From contig JBFFSH010000034.1 in assembly GCA_041572575.1 (NCBI GenBank), forward strand, positions 1-26,151: a stretch of DNA of 26,151 nt. Reading direction: 5' to 3'. Shown one piece after another: positions 1 to 9,514 of this stretch. A program made the position numbers and the translations under genes. This stretch comes from Thermodesulfobacteriota bacterium. GTDB lineage: Bacteria > Desulfobacterota_D > UBA1144 > Nemesobacterales > N074bin48. The notes under the pieces are model-generated. The model was not told where the DNA came from and searched no databases. It was given only the letters and a program-made list of their open reading frames with translations. Position 1 is the stretch's first letter; each line of letters begins with the position of its first letter.

Positions 1-61
1 GAACTTCTGCGTGTCTTAAATATCTTATTATTTGCTCTGGCGTGTAACGCTTCCTGGGCAT
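1..61 (-). CDS. IS3-family transposase OrfA, N-terminal fragment (runs off the window)
   Basis: Not in the ORF track. Manual translation from ATG at 61-59 gives MPRKRYTPEQIIRYLRHAEV, the typical start of IS3/IS407 OrfA HTH proteins. AGGAGG lies upstream. Confidence 0.85.
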   Translation of the reverse strand, partial: MPRKRYTPEQIIRYLRHAEV

Positions 62-140
62 TTCCCTTGCCTCCTATTCATAGGGTTTATTACCTAAAAT
101 TCTAACTTGTAATCTGGTACTATTATAGGGGGGAAGGTCA
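1..140 (-). mobile_element. Left end of an IS3-family insertion sequence (IS407-group-like); continues beyond the window start
   Basis: From 140 downward the minus strand reads TGACCTTCCCCCCTATAATAGTACCAG..., resembling the TGACCTGCCCCC-type terminal inverted repeat of IS407-group elements. An AGGAGG ribosome-binding site and an OrfA-like start follow. The right end is outside the window. Confidence 0.8.
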
Positions 141-449
141 TTTTTTTGTAGCCTTTTTGATAGAGTCCATTGTAGTAGCAGAGTCTTTATAGCCTGAACC
201 CTTAACTTCAGCAGGATTAGTAACTGCAGGGTTTGCCTGATCGGCTGCTTTTGGAGGGATGCCCGGGCCTTTCACATAGTCTGTAGAGTACCAACCTGAT
301 CCTGTGAGCTGAAAAGAAGAGAGCGAAATAAGTTTTTCTACTTTACCTTTCTTGCAGATCTTGCATTTCTTTATCGGCTCATCACTGAACGACTGAAACT
401 CTTCAAATACTGCTCCGCATTTTTGACACTCATATTCATAAATAGGCAT
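138..449 (-). CDS. FmdB-family zinc-ribbon regulatory protein
   Basis: MPIYEYECQKCG...CKICKKG...FQLTGSGWYSTDY is the FmdB CxxC-CxxC signature, followed by a low-complexity tail. GGAG RBS upstream. The stop TGA coincides with the IS end. Confidence 0.9.
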   Translation of the reverse strand: MPIYEYECQKCGAVFEEFQSFSDEPIKKCKICKKGKVEKLISLSSFQLTGSGWYSTDYVKGPGIPPKAADQANPAVTNPAEVKGSGYKDSATTMDSIKKATKK

Positions 450-522
450 TTATCTAACTCCAACCAATTGTATTTATAAAGTAAATCCCTGATAATATAA
501 TTATTATTGAATTTTTTATCAA

Positions 523-1665
523 GTGGCGAATATGAAAAGTATTTACAATACTAGAATAATACTAACTATAAGTTTGTTAATCATATTTACAATTTCCTGT
601 GTTAAGAAACCAGAACTTACATGGCAGAAGATTGCTGATAAAAATTGGGATAATTCTTATTTTATTGAAGAAGATGAAGCAAAAGACAGGAATTCACTAA
701 TAATTTATCTTGCTACCGGTTATTACTATGAAAGGAAGGATGAACTTGATGTACAAAGAATATTAAAACTACGAGACGAAAAAGTCTTCAACGAACCTTT
801 CGATCCACTATTGGCTATTCTCTATTATTACCATCATGTAAACACAGAAGAGATTAAAGACAATACCGAACTGCTAAAGGTTCTTTTAAAATTCAAAAAT
901 TATGATAGATCAAATGCACTTCCGTACTATTTGTTAAGTTATTATTATGCTCTTGATAAAGACCCAGTAAAAACAATAAGATATTTAAAAGAGGGTAATG
1001 AATACAATAATATAAATCTTTATAATAGTGAACTACATAAATTGATATTTGATTATTATATCAATAAAACTAACAATGAAGTGTTCTCCTATCTGATATC
1101 CATATTATCAACCAATCATATATCATCATATTTTACATATTTTCGTAAATATATTGTTTCTAATAAAACATATATCAAACATGGTAATAAATATAAAAGA
1201 GTCATAGTAGAAGATTTGGATTTTTATAAGCTAGGAGAAAATATCACCAATAATAGCGTAAGCCATATAGATCTACTTTTGGGAACGGCTATTCAATTAA
1301 ATTCTTTAGATGTCGATGAAACTCAGAGAATTAATGATTTTAGGAATATAAGAAGGCGTTTATATCTAACAACAGATAAGCTTAATTTTTATGAAAGAAC
1401 TGGAAAGAAGGAATATTTAAATTTTTTAAAAGATTATTATAAGTATGGGGAAATTAAAGCATTTATGAATATAAAGAATTATAACAATTTACTTACTCAG
1501 TATGATATTGATAAATTTTGTGATGATTGGTCTACTAAAATATTTCATTTCCCAGATGACGATAATGAATTAAAGAAAGAAGAAGGGTGGGTTAATACAT
1601 TTACTAGAGTAATGGAATGTGAGGAAGAATGGGAAGAAAGAAAAAAACAAAATCTATCGGAATAA
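523..1665 (+). CDS. Hypothetical lipoprotein, possibly with a TPR-like helical segment (likely start ATG 532)
   Basis: 380-aa ORF with a basic N-terminus, hydrophobic stretch and lipobox-like TISC. NALPYYLLSYYYA resembles a TPR helix. Y/N/K/I-rich; no recognisable family. Confidence 0.6.
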   Translation: MANMKSIYNTRIILTISLLIIFTISCVKKPELTWQKIADKNWDNSYFIEEDEAKDRNSLIIYLATGYYYERKDELDVQRILKLRDEKVFNEPFDPLLAILYYYHHVNTEEIKDNTELLKVLLKFKNYDRSNALPYYLLSYYYALDKDPVKTIRYLKEGNEYNNINLYNSELHKLIFDYYINKTNNEVFSYLISILSTNHISSYFTYFRKYIVSNKTYIKHGNKYKRVIVEDLDFYKLGENITNNSVSHIDLLLGTAIQLNSLDVDETQRINDFRNIRRRLYLTTDKLNFYERTGKKEYLNFLKDYYKYGEIKAFMNIKNYNNLLTQYDIDKFCDDWSTKIFHFPDDDNELKKEEGWVNTFTRVMECEEEWEERKKQNLSE

Positions 1666-1876
1666 GTAGGATATCATTAGTAATAAGGGGTGATTATACA
1701 AACCCAAATTATTATGATCTAAAACCATCCAATATTTATCTAATGAACCAAATCCTTAATATTTATACATAATAGTATCTATATATAATAGTTAACATAA
1801 TATATCTTATCGGACAATAACTCTATTTCTTTCCATAATAGCAATATAACCGTCTTTACGCTATAATACGCCCATT

Positions 1877-2593
1877 ATGAAGCTAAAAGACAAGAATGTG
1901 TTAATTACAGGTGGTTCTAAAGGTATTGGTAAGGGTTTAGCTAAGGTTTTTTTAGAACAAGGCGCAAATGTTATTATTTGTGCCAGAAATAAAGATGTCT
2001 TAGATGATACAGTTAATGAACTAAGCGCTGTAGGTAATATAAGAGGATTTTCGGTAGACATTACAAAACTTTCGGATGTTAAGGATTTACAAGCTTCAGT
2101 TTCAAATGAATTTAAACATCTTGATGTACTATTAAATAATGCAAGCATACTGGGGGTAAGAGCAAAAATTAAGGATACTCCCGAAGATATATGGGATTCT
2201 GTAATTAAGATTAATCTAAATTCACAGTTTTATGTGATAAAGGCTTTTCTTCCATTATTAGAAAAATCTACTAATGCATCAATAATAAACGTTAGCTCCA
2301 GTGTCGGTAGAAAAGGAAAAGCTGAATGGGGAGCCTATGCAGCATCCAAGTTTGGACTTGAGGGTCTCACACAGGTCTTGGCTGATGAACTGAAGGATAC
2401 GAATATCAGAGTAAACTCAGTCAATCCCGGCGGTACAAGAACAGATATGCGAGCTGATGCTTACCCTGATGAAGATCCATTAACTCTACCAACGCCAGAG
2501 GATATATCTCCCATTTTTCTTCACCTAGCTTCTGACGACTCCATAGATACAAATGGACAGGCATTCAATGCAAGGGATTATTTGGATAATTAA
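1877..2593 (+). CDS. SDR family NAD(P)-dependent oxidoreductase, YciK-like
   Basis: TGGSKGIG Rossmann motif, NNAS, SSSVG, catalytic YAASK, and a YciK-like C-terminal NPGGTRTDMRADAYPDEDP. Confidence 0.85.
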   Translation: MKLKDKNVLITGGSKGIGKGLAKVFLEQGANVIICARNKDVLDDTVNELSAVGNIRGFSVDITKLSDVKDLQASVSNEFKHLDVLLNNASILGVRAKIKDTPEDIWDSVIKINLNSQFYVIKAFLPLLEKSTNASIINVSSSVGRKGKAEWGAYAASKFGLEGLTQVLADELKDTNIRVNSVNPGGTRTDMRADAYPDEDPLTLPTPEDISPIFLHLASDDSIDTNGQAFNARDYLDN

Positions 2594-2598
2594 TAGGT

Positions 2599-3276
2599 TT
2601 ACATAACAACTACATACAACTCTTTTGGTCCATGAACGCCAAGGGTTAAGTTAAGCTCAATATCTGCAGTTCTGCTAGGGCCTGTTATTAAGGTAATACA
2701 GTTTGAAAGTTCATTTATATTTTCCAATGTACTGTAATCATTAGATAATCTGGCTATCAGATCAAATATGCTCTTTACTATCTTTTCTTTCCTTAAGATA
2801 GCTATATGTATTGGTACAATAAGGGATGAATTCCTGTTTTGTGTTTTATTATTGTATAAAACTATAGTGCCTGATTCAGAGATAGCATAATCTGCAAGAG
2901 TGATACCTATATCACATTTTGCTTGTTGAGATTTTCTATTACTCTTGATATGTTTGTACCCTAATTTCTCTAACCTTCTGTATACACTAGATAATTCAAC
3001 ACATTCCCAACCAATAAAGTTGTTTGAGTTAGTTGAAGAAAAAATATCAGTGACTGATTTACTAAGATTCCTCTTGTTTTTAACTACTTTTACATTTCCG
3101 CTTAATGATTCTAATTTTTGGCTGAATTCTGTTAGAAGATCTGTATTATAATTAATCGTAAGATAATCATTATTATCAAAACCACTATATGGTTCAAAAG
3201 TACTCTCAGGTTTTTTCCTCAATGAGTTACTGATAGTATTTAAAATAGATTCTCTTGAATCAGACATTTTTTTCAT
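2599..3276 (-). CDS. lutC: Lactate utilisation protein C (LutC/YkgG, LUD domain)
   Basis: ADYAISESGTIV and ITGPSRTADIELNLTLGVHGP motifs. Start overlaps the lutB end (true start may be ATG 3267). Confidence 0.9.
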   Translation of the reverse strand: MKKMSDSRESILNTISNSLRKKPESTFEPYSGFDNNDYLTINYNTDLLTEFSQKLESLSGNVKVVKNKRNLSKSVTDIFSSTNSNNFIGWECVELSSVYRRLEKLGYKHIKSNRKSQQAKCDIGITLADYAISESGTIVLYNNKTQNRNSSLIVPIHIAILRKEKIVKSIFDLIARLSNDYSTLENINELSNCITLITGPSRTADIELNLTLGVHGPKELYVVVM

Positions 3277-4651
3277 CCTTCCAAATCTGTTTAAATGTTT
3301 TTTGTGGAATATGGGTTATGTCTCTGGATTTAGTCCATCTTGAAAATATTTTAGATATTAAAGAATGAGGCATATAATGTGCAATATTATTCAATAATTT
3401 CAGTAATCTGGGATGCTGATTCATTTTCTTCCATATTATGAATACTGATTTTTCTAAACCCCCTGCCCTGCTATTCTTTTTATTTTCAACAACCTGTCTT
3501 CTTAAATCCAATAAAACCTTTGGAAAATCAATTTTTACTGGACACACATCTTTACAGGCTCCGCAAAGAGAAGATGCAAAAGGAAGATCAGGGTATTTAT
3601 CCAGTCCCTCAAGCTGTGGATTTATAATAGCGCCAATTGGGCCTGAATATGTTCCACCATATGCATGCCCCCCAACCTGCCTGTAAACAGGACATATATT
3701 AAGGCAAGCCCCGCATCTTAGGCAGTAAAGCGACTCCCTGGTGTTTGGATTTGTAAGCATCTTGCTCCTTCCATTATCGAGCAGAACCAGGTGGAATTCT
3801 TTGGGGCCGTCAGATTCCCCCCTTTTTCTAGGACCTGTGATAAATGATACATAAGTGGATATCTTTTGCCCTGTGGCACTACCTATCAGAAGTTTTAGAA
3901 ATAAGCCCATTTGATCAAATCTGGGTATTATCTTTTCTATACCCATAAGAGCCACATGCACTTTGGGCACTGTGGTAGTAAGCCTTGCGTTACCCTCATT
4001 TTCTACTATGGCAATAGTTCCTGTGTCTGCTGCTGCCAGGTTTACTCCTGATATTCCCATATCAGCAGTTAAGAATTGCTGTCTTAGCTTTTCTCGTGCA
4101 ATTTTAGTCAGTTCTTGCGGATCATCATACTCTGGGACTCCAAATTTTTCAGAAAATAACTTTGATATATCAACTTTCCTTTTATGAATTGCTGGAGCAA
4201 TGATATGTGAAGGTTTATCGTCTGAAATTTGTAAAATATACTCACCAAGATCAGTCTCAATTACCTTGTAACCATTAGACTGCAGTGATTTATTCAGATG
4301 AATCTCTTCAGTAGCCATGGACTTACTTTTAACTATCTTTTTAACATTATTATTTATAGCTATATCTCTTATAATAGTGCAGGCTTCTTCAGAATCTTTT
4401 GCCCAATGAACCTGTCCACCAGCTTGTATAATATTATTTTCTAATAATATCAGATAGTTATGTATGTTGTTTATAGTATGTTCTTTAATATTATGTGCAA
4501 CTTGCCGTAATTGTTCCCAATTATTAGATTCTAAAACGTTATTTGAACGTGCAGTCCGGAATCTATTGGTTGTATTTGTAAGTGCTTCCTGTAGGTTTTG
4601 ATTATCTAATGCTTTAGCTGATTCTTTTTCAAAGTTATATTTATAGTACAT
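3260..4651 (-). CDS. lutB: Lactate utilisation Fe-S protein B (LutB/YkgF/LldF)
   Basis: KSKSMATEE, ETDLGEYI, PSHIIAPAIH, ENEGN, and ferredoxin motifs CLRCGACLNICP and SLCGACKDVCP. Confidence 0.93.
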   Translation of the reverse strand: MYYKYNFEKESAKALDNQNLQEALTNTTNRFRTARSNNVLESNNWEQLRQVAHNIKEHTINNIHNYLILLENNIIQAGGQVHWAKDSEEACTIIRDIAINNNVKKIVKSKSMATEEIHLNKSLQSNGYKVIETDLGEYILQISDDKPSHIIAPAIHKRKVDISKLFSEKFGVPEYDDPQELTKIAREKLRQQFLTADMGISGVNLAAADTGTIAIVENEGNARLTTTVPKVHVALMGIEKIIPRFDQMGLFLKLLIGSATGQKISTYVSFITGPRKRGESDGPKEFHLVLLDNGRSKMLTNPNTRESLYCLRCGACLNICPVYRQVGGHAYGGTYSGPIGAIINPQLEGLDKYPDLPFASSLCGACKDVCPVKIDFPKVLLDLRRQVVENKKNSRAGGLEKSVFIIWKKMNQHPRLLKLLNNIAHYMPHSLISKIFSRWTKSRDITHIPQKTFKQIWKDEKNV

Positions 4652-4665
4652 AATATTTAATATTA

Positions 4666-5403
4666 TCAGTCAGTTATAGCTAATATCTCAGCTATATGAT
4701 GAACTTTTATAGATATATTATTTCTGCTTATATAACCCTGAATATTCATAAGACATCCCATATCTGTTGAAACAATAGTGTCTGCTCCGGAATCTATGAT
4801 ACATTGCACCTTTTCTTTGAGCATTGCTGTTGATACATCTGGATATTTAACTGAAAACGTTCCACCAAATCCACAGCATGCATCATGCATGTCCATTTCT
4901 ATCAGTTGTAAACCATCAACATTTTTTAGAAGCTCTCTTGGCTGACCACTTATTCCAAGTTCTCTTAGTGCATGGCAGGAATCATGATAAGTTACTTTAC
5001 CTCTATACATTGCTCCAATATTACTAACTCCTAATATATTAATAATAAAGTCGGAGAGCTCATATGTGTTATGAGAAATAACATTTGCAATATCAGAGTA
5101 ATTATCGTCATTTTTAAAAAGATCTTTATAAAATACTTTTATCATAGATACACACGAACCTGAGGGACAGACTATGTATTCGGAATCTTTAAAGTCATCT
5201 AGAAATTTAATCGCTATTTCTTTTGCTTCAGATTGATATCCGCTATTATATGCAGGCTGGCCGCAGCATGTCTGATTTTCTGGAATGTTAATATTATGTG
5301 CCCCTGCCCTTCTTAGTACCTTAACCATAGATGTTCCAACATTAGGATACATATTGTCCACAAGACAAGTTAAAAATAGAGATACATTATTATTGAATGA
5401 CAT
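4666..5403 (-). CDS. lutA: Lactate utilisation protein A (LutA/YkgE, CCG-domain Fe-S protein)
   Basis: LFLTCLVD, QTCCGQP, PSGSC, YHDSCH, CCGFGGTFSVK and DMGCLMNI motifs; first gene of the lutABC order. Confidence 0.92.
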   Translation of the reverse strand: MSFNNNVSLFLTCLVDNMYPNVGTSMVKVLRRAGAHNINIPENQTCCGQPAYNSGYQSEAKEIAIKFLDDFKDSEYIVCPSGSCVSMIKVFYKDLFKNDDNYSDIANVISHNTYELSDFIINILGVSNIGAMYRGKVTYHDSCHALRELGISGQPRELLKNVDGLQLIEMDMHDACCGFGGTFSVKYPDVSTAMLKEKVQCIIDSGADTIVSTDMGCLMNIQGYISRNNISIKVHHIAEILAITD

Positions 5404-5528
5404 TATATTTAGTGGATAAGTTTTAATTATTAAAGAAAATAATGCTTAATATTAATCTTAAACAGGTATATAATTAATAACTCATTAATGAATATAACAT
5501 AACTTAGTTGATTCTCATTTATTAACCT

Positions 5529-7181
5529 ATGCAAAACGACTTTTATAAAGAATTATTCGATAACTCTAATGATCTTATTCAAAGTGTATCTCCTCAAGGT
5601 GATATTCTGTATGTTAACAAAACCTGGTTAAATAAATTAGGGTATAAAAGGTCTGAGATTAAAGACTTAAATATATTTCAAATTATACATCCAACCTCCA
5701 TTAATCATTGTACTAATTTATTCCAGAAAATAATGTTACAGGAAACATCGATATCAATTGATGAATTTAAGCTTCTTACGAAAAATGGAGATTCAATAAT
5801 ACTTGAAGGATATGCAAGTTCTAAATTTGAGAATAATAAACCTTTATATACAAGAGGTATTTTTAAAGATATCACAGATAAAGTAAAGACAGAGAAAAAT
5901 CTAGAAATATTAAATCTTGTAACTCAAAATTTAAATGAAACCAATGATCTTAGGCAGGCATATAAAATTGCTCTTGATAAAGTCTGTGAACTGGATTATG
6001 TGGATATAGCATGTATTTATATTGTTGACAATATTACACGAGAAGCAGTTCTTGAAGATCATAGAAATCTTCCAGATGACTATTTAAAAAGAGCTTCTCG
6101 TATATCCTTCCCTAAAGGTATTACATGGAAAACAATACTATCTGGCAATATTCTTAATGTAAAAGATATACAGAAAGTAAAAGTATTAGGAAAAGCAGGG
6201 AAGAAACTTGGAATTCGTAGTTTTGTAGGAATACCTATCAAGATTGACAAAAAAACTATTGGTGTGTTTTGGATTTTAAGTATTAAGGAACACTATTTTA
6301 GTAAAAATGAAGTTACTCTTTTAAATTCCATTGGAAGTCAGATTGCTATCTCAATCGCAAGATCTAAGTCTTATGATGAACTAATTAAAAAAAATAGATA
6401 TGATGAAATTATTAGTTCTGTTGTAAATTCTGTACATAGTTCAATTAATTTGCAGGAAGTATTTGAAAACACCGTTGATGCATTAATTAATAATATTGAA
6501 ATAATTAACCATGTAGGTCTCCATATAGTAGAAGAAGACTTAGTTATTATGAAGGCTCACAGGGGTCATCCTAAATGGTTTGTGAACATTGTAAAAAGAC
6601 TAGAACGCCCAAGGGGTTTTACCTGGAAAACGATTCTAGATGGAAAGCTAAATTATTGTCCTGATGTAGAAAAAGATAATGTAATAGGCCCGGCAGGTAG
6701 AAAAGTAGGTACTAAGAGCTATGTTTCAGTACCAATTACTATAAACAATAAAACAATTGGTTGTATTAATGTACACTCCAAATTTATTAATCCATTTGGT
6801 AAGGATGAACTGATTCTACTTCAAACAGTAACTAATCAGATAGCTGTAGCGATTAATAATGCCCAGAAGGCTGAAGAATTGAAAATTTCTAAAAGATCTC
6901 TATCAATAAATTTAGAACAAATAAATAAAAAACAGCATTATGATGAGATTATAAGTACTGTAGTAAAGTCCGTACATAGTTCTATAGATTTACAGCAAGT
7001 ATTTGATAATACCGTAGATGCATTGATAAAAAATATTAAAATAATTAACCATGCTGCTCTTCATATAGTAGAAGATGATGTTGCAATAATGAAGGCTTAT
7101 AGGGGTCACCCAAAATGGTTTGTGAATATTGTAAAAAGGCTTGAAAGGCCTAGAGGATTTACTTGGAAAACAATAATCTAA
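5529..7181 (+). CDS. N-terminal part of the sensor kinase (PAS, GAF1, GAF2, half of GAF3), ending at the premature TAA
   Basis: PAS (LFDNSNDLIQSVSPQGDILYVN...RGIFKDIT) followed by GAF repeats; ends mid-domain at ...GFTWKTII*. Confidence 0.7.
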   Translation: MQNDFYKELFDNSNDLIQSVSPQGDILYVNKTWLNKLGYKRSEIKDLNIFQIIHPTSINHCTNLFQKIMLQETSISIDEFKLLTKNGDSIILEGYASSKFENNKPLYTRGIFKDITDKVKTEKNLEILNLVTQNLNETNDLRQAYKIALDKVCELDYVDIACIYIVDNITREAVLEDHRNLPDDYLKRASRISFPKGITWKTILSGNILNVKDIQKVKVLGKAGKKLGIRSFVGIPIKIDKKTIGVFWILSIKEHYFSKNEVTLLNSIGSQIAISIARSKSYDELIKKNRYDEIISSVVNSVHSSINLQEVFENTVDALINNIEIINHVGLHIVEEDLVIMKAHRGHPKWFVNIVKRLERPRGFTWKTILDGKLNYCPDVEKDNVIGPAGRKVGTKSYVSVPITINNKTIGCINVHSKFINPFGKDELILLQTVTNQIAVAINNAQKAEELKISKRSLSINLEQINKKQHYDEIISTVVKSVHSSIDLQQVFDNTVDALIKNIKIINHAALHIVEDDVAIMKAYRGHPKWFVNIVKRLERPRGFTWKTII

Positions 7182-8500
7182 GGTAAGTTAAATTATTGTC
7201 CCGATATAGATAAAGACAAATCAATTGGTCCTGCTGGAAGAAAAGTTGGAACTAAGAGTTATGTCTCTGTTCCCATTACCATATCAGGAAATACTATTGG
7301 TTGTATAAATGTTCATTCTAAACATATAGATCCATTTGGAAAAGATGATCTCGAATTGCTGGAAAATGTTACTAATCAGATAGCAGTGGCCATTGATAAT
7401 GCAAGACAGGCAGAAAGATTAAAAATTTCTGAAAAATCCTTAAAAGATAATATCGATATTTTAACAAAAAAACAGCGACTTGATGAAATATCTAATACTT
7501 TATTAAAAAGCGTTCATAAATCATTAGATTTAAAGACTATTATGCATAATGCTGTATTCGCTATAACGCAGAACATGCCTGCAGTTGAAAATATTATGAT
7601 TTTTTTAGTTGAAGGTGATAATGCCGTGCTTCAGGCACATAAAGGATATCCTGACTGGATGATAAATAGATTAAGTGTAATACCAAAGGGAAAAGGATTC
7701 ACATGGAAGGCTTTATCTAGCGGCAAATTTTTATATGTAAGAGATGCTGAAAACGATAAAGTAATTGGAGAAGCTGGTAAAAAGCTTGGGACTAAAAGTT
7801 ATATTGCCGTTCCAATTAAGCTTGGTAGAAAGACCATAGGAGTTATTAATATAAATTCACTACAAAAAAATGCATTTGATATAGATGATATTGCAGTACT
7901 CAAAAAAATTCCTAAACAGTTAGAAATAGCCATTAATAATGCAAATAAAGCTGAGGCACTGGCAAAATCTGAAAAAAAATTAAAGGAAAATATTTTAATT
8001 CTTAAGGATAAAAGCAAATACGACACAATTATCAGAACTATTTCTACTAACGTACATGAATCTATAGATCTACAGACAGTGTTTAAATCAGCAGCAGATT
8101 CACTCGTAGAAAACCTTCATAAAGTCGATAATGTTTCAATATTTTTGGTTGAAGGAGACAGGGCTGTTAATAAAGCATATAAAGGATTTCCCAAATGGTT
8201 TATAGATATAACAAAATCAATTCCTTATCCCAGAGGGTATACGTGGGATACTATTATTAAAGGTAAATCAAGATACTGCTCTAATGTAGACAAGGATAAA
8301 TCTATAGGTCCTGCTGGAAGAAAAGTAGGAATAAAGAGTTATTTCACAGTTCCTTTTAAGCATGATAATAAAACCATCGGCTGTATTAATTTTAATTCAA
8401 AAACACCGAATGCGTTTACCAGCGAGGAACTAATCTTACTTGAAAACATAACAATACAAATTGAATCCGCTATTAAAAATGCCTTCCAGGCAGAAGCTGT
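6399..8500 (+). repeat. Intragenic tandem array of four 540-bp (180-aa) GAF units, plus a more diverged fifth unit upstream (~5900-6390)
   Basis: Equivalent codons (YDEII / YDEII / LDEIS / YDTII) start at 6399, 6939, 7479 and 8019. Shared motifs G[FYI]TW and [IL]GxAG[RK]K[VL]G. The last unit's end is approximate. Confidence 0.9.
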
Positions 8501-9503
8501 AAAAGAAAGCGAGCAGCGTTTTAGAAATATGGCAGATACTGCACCGGTTATGATCTGGATGTCTGATAGAAATAAGCAGTGTACATATGTAAACAGAAAC
8601 TGGCTTGAATTCACAGGTAGATCACTACAAAAAGAATTAAACAAAGGTTGGCAGAATATTGTTTATAAGGATGATTTTGAAAAAGTCTTAAAAATATGTG
8701 ATGAATCTTTTTCTAAAAGAAAAGAATTTAAAATAGAATTTAGACTTAAAAGACATGATGGTCAGTATAGGTGGATATTTGATCATGGAATACCCAGATT
8801 TCTTCCAAATGGTGAATTTACGGGATATATTGGATCTTGTATAGATATACACGATAGAATTACTGCAGAAAACAAGGTCAAACAGTCTTTGGAAGAAAAA
8901 GAATTACTACTAAGAGAGCTTCATCACAGGGTTAAAAACAACCTTCAGATAGTATCAAGCCTGCTTAGTCTCCAATCACACAGTCTGGATGATGAAAAAA
9001 TGATAGAACTGCTTTCAGCCAGTAAATCCAGAATAGACTCTATGGCGCTTATTCATGAACAGCTGTATGCTTCGCCTGATTTTGAGAATATTGATCTATC
9101 AGTTTATGTAAGAAACCTATGTAGATATATTAGAGATTACGCAAACATAGATCCAAATAATATCAAAATAAATCTCAAAATTGATTCAATAGTTAAAAAT
9201 ATTAATTTTGCAATCCCATTTAGCCTTATAATCAATGAACTAATTTCAAATGCTTATAAACATGCTTTTCCTGATAACAGATCCGGAGAGATTAATCTTA
9301 GCATTAAAAGAATCAAAAAGGACAATATGATCTTAACAGTAAATGATAATGGATTAGGTTTACCGAAGGATATTGATATAGAAAAATCACAATCTATGGG
9401 TATGCAGCTTATATCGGCACTGGCACAGCAGCTTCACGCAAAAATTAATATTAATAGAGATAATGGAACTACATTCGAATTTGTCTTTAGTGGTTCTAAT
9501 TAG
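7356..9503 (+). CDS. C-terminal part of the sensor kinase (GAF4, GAF5, PAS/PAC, HisKA_2, HATPase_c)
   Basis: [29 protein letters not shown] and [12 protein letters not shown]-box. The TTG start is internal to GAF3 and has no convincing RBS. Confidence 0.7.
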   Translation: MLENVTNQIAVAIDNARQAERLKISEKSLKDNIDILTKKQRLDEISNTLLKSVHKSLDLKTIMHNAVFAITQNMPAVENIMIFLVEGDNAVLQAHKGYPDWMINRLSVIPKGKGFTWKALSSGKFLYVRDAENDKVIGEAGKKLGTKSYIAVPIKLGRKTIGVININSLQKNAFDIDDIAVLKKIPKQLEIAINNANKAEALAKSEKKLKENILILKDKSKYDTIIRTISTNVHESIDLQTVFKSAADSLVENLHKVDNVSIFLVEGDRAVNKAYKGFPKWFIDITKSIPYPRGYTWDTIIKGKSRYCSNVDKDKSIGPAGRKVGIKSYFTVPFKHDNKTIGCINFNSKTPNAFTSEELILLENITIQIESAIKNAFQAEAVKESEQRFRNMADTAPVMIWMSDRNKQCTYVNRNWLEFTGRSLQKELNKGWQNIVYKDDFEKVLKICDESFSKRKEFKIEFRLKRHDGQYRWIFDHGIPRFLPNGEFTGYIGSCIDIHDRITAENKVKQSLEEKELLLRELHHRVKNNLQIVSSLLSLQSHSLDDEKMIELLSASKSRIDSMALIHEQLYASPDFENIDLSVYVRNLCRYIRDYANIDPNNIKINLKIDSIVKNINFAIPFSLIINELISNAYKHAFPDNRSGEINLSIKRIKKDNMILTVNDNGLGLPKDIDIEKSQSMGMQLISALAQQLHAKININRDNGTTFEFVFSGSN

Positions 9504-9514
9504 AAATAAATAAA

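Larger units (their letters stand above)
5529..9503 (+). pseudogene. Soluble sensor histidine kinase PAS-GAF(x5)-PAS-HisKA_2-HATPase_c, interrupted by one in-frame TAA (nonsense allele or sequence error)
   Basis: ORFs 5529-7181 and 7356-9503 are in the same frame. The 58 codons between them are open and continue the GAF repeat ([27 protein letters not shown]...). H-box [12 protein letters not shown]-box [13 protein letters not shown]-box DNGLG. No transmembrane segment seen. Confidence 0.85.

Noticed and set aside
1666..1876. Small RNA or tRNA in the longest intergenic gap
   Set aside because: No GC-rich stems, cloverleaf or recognisable RNA motif; only AT-rich promoter-like sequence.
5680..5715. 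Heme-binding PAS (IIHPTSINHC) in the kinase
   Set aside because: The His register does not clearly match FixL-type heme PAS domains by eye; cannot be supported without an alignment.
7179..7181. Selenocysteine, pyrrolysine or alternative genetic code at the internal stop
   Set aside because: The codon is TAA, not TGA or TAG, the aligned residues are variable (S/D/S/K), and all three stop codons terminate normal genes in this window.
6399..8500. CRISPR array or phytochrome/cyanobacteriochrome interpretation of the repeats
   Set aside because: The repeats are 540-bp coding units with no spacers, and no bilin-binding CH or DIP/DxCF motif was recognised.
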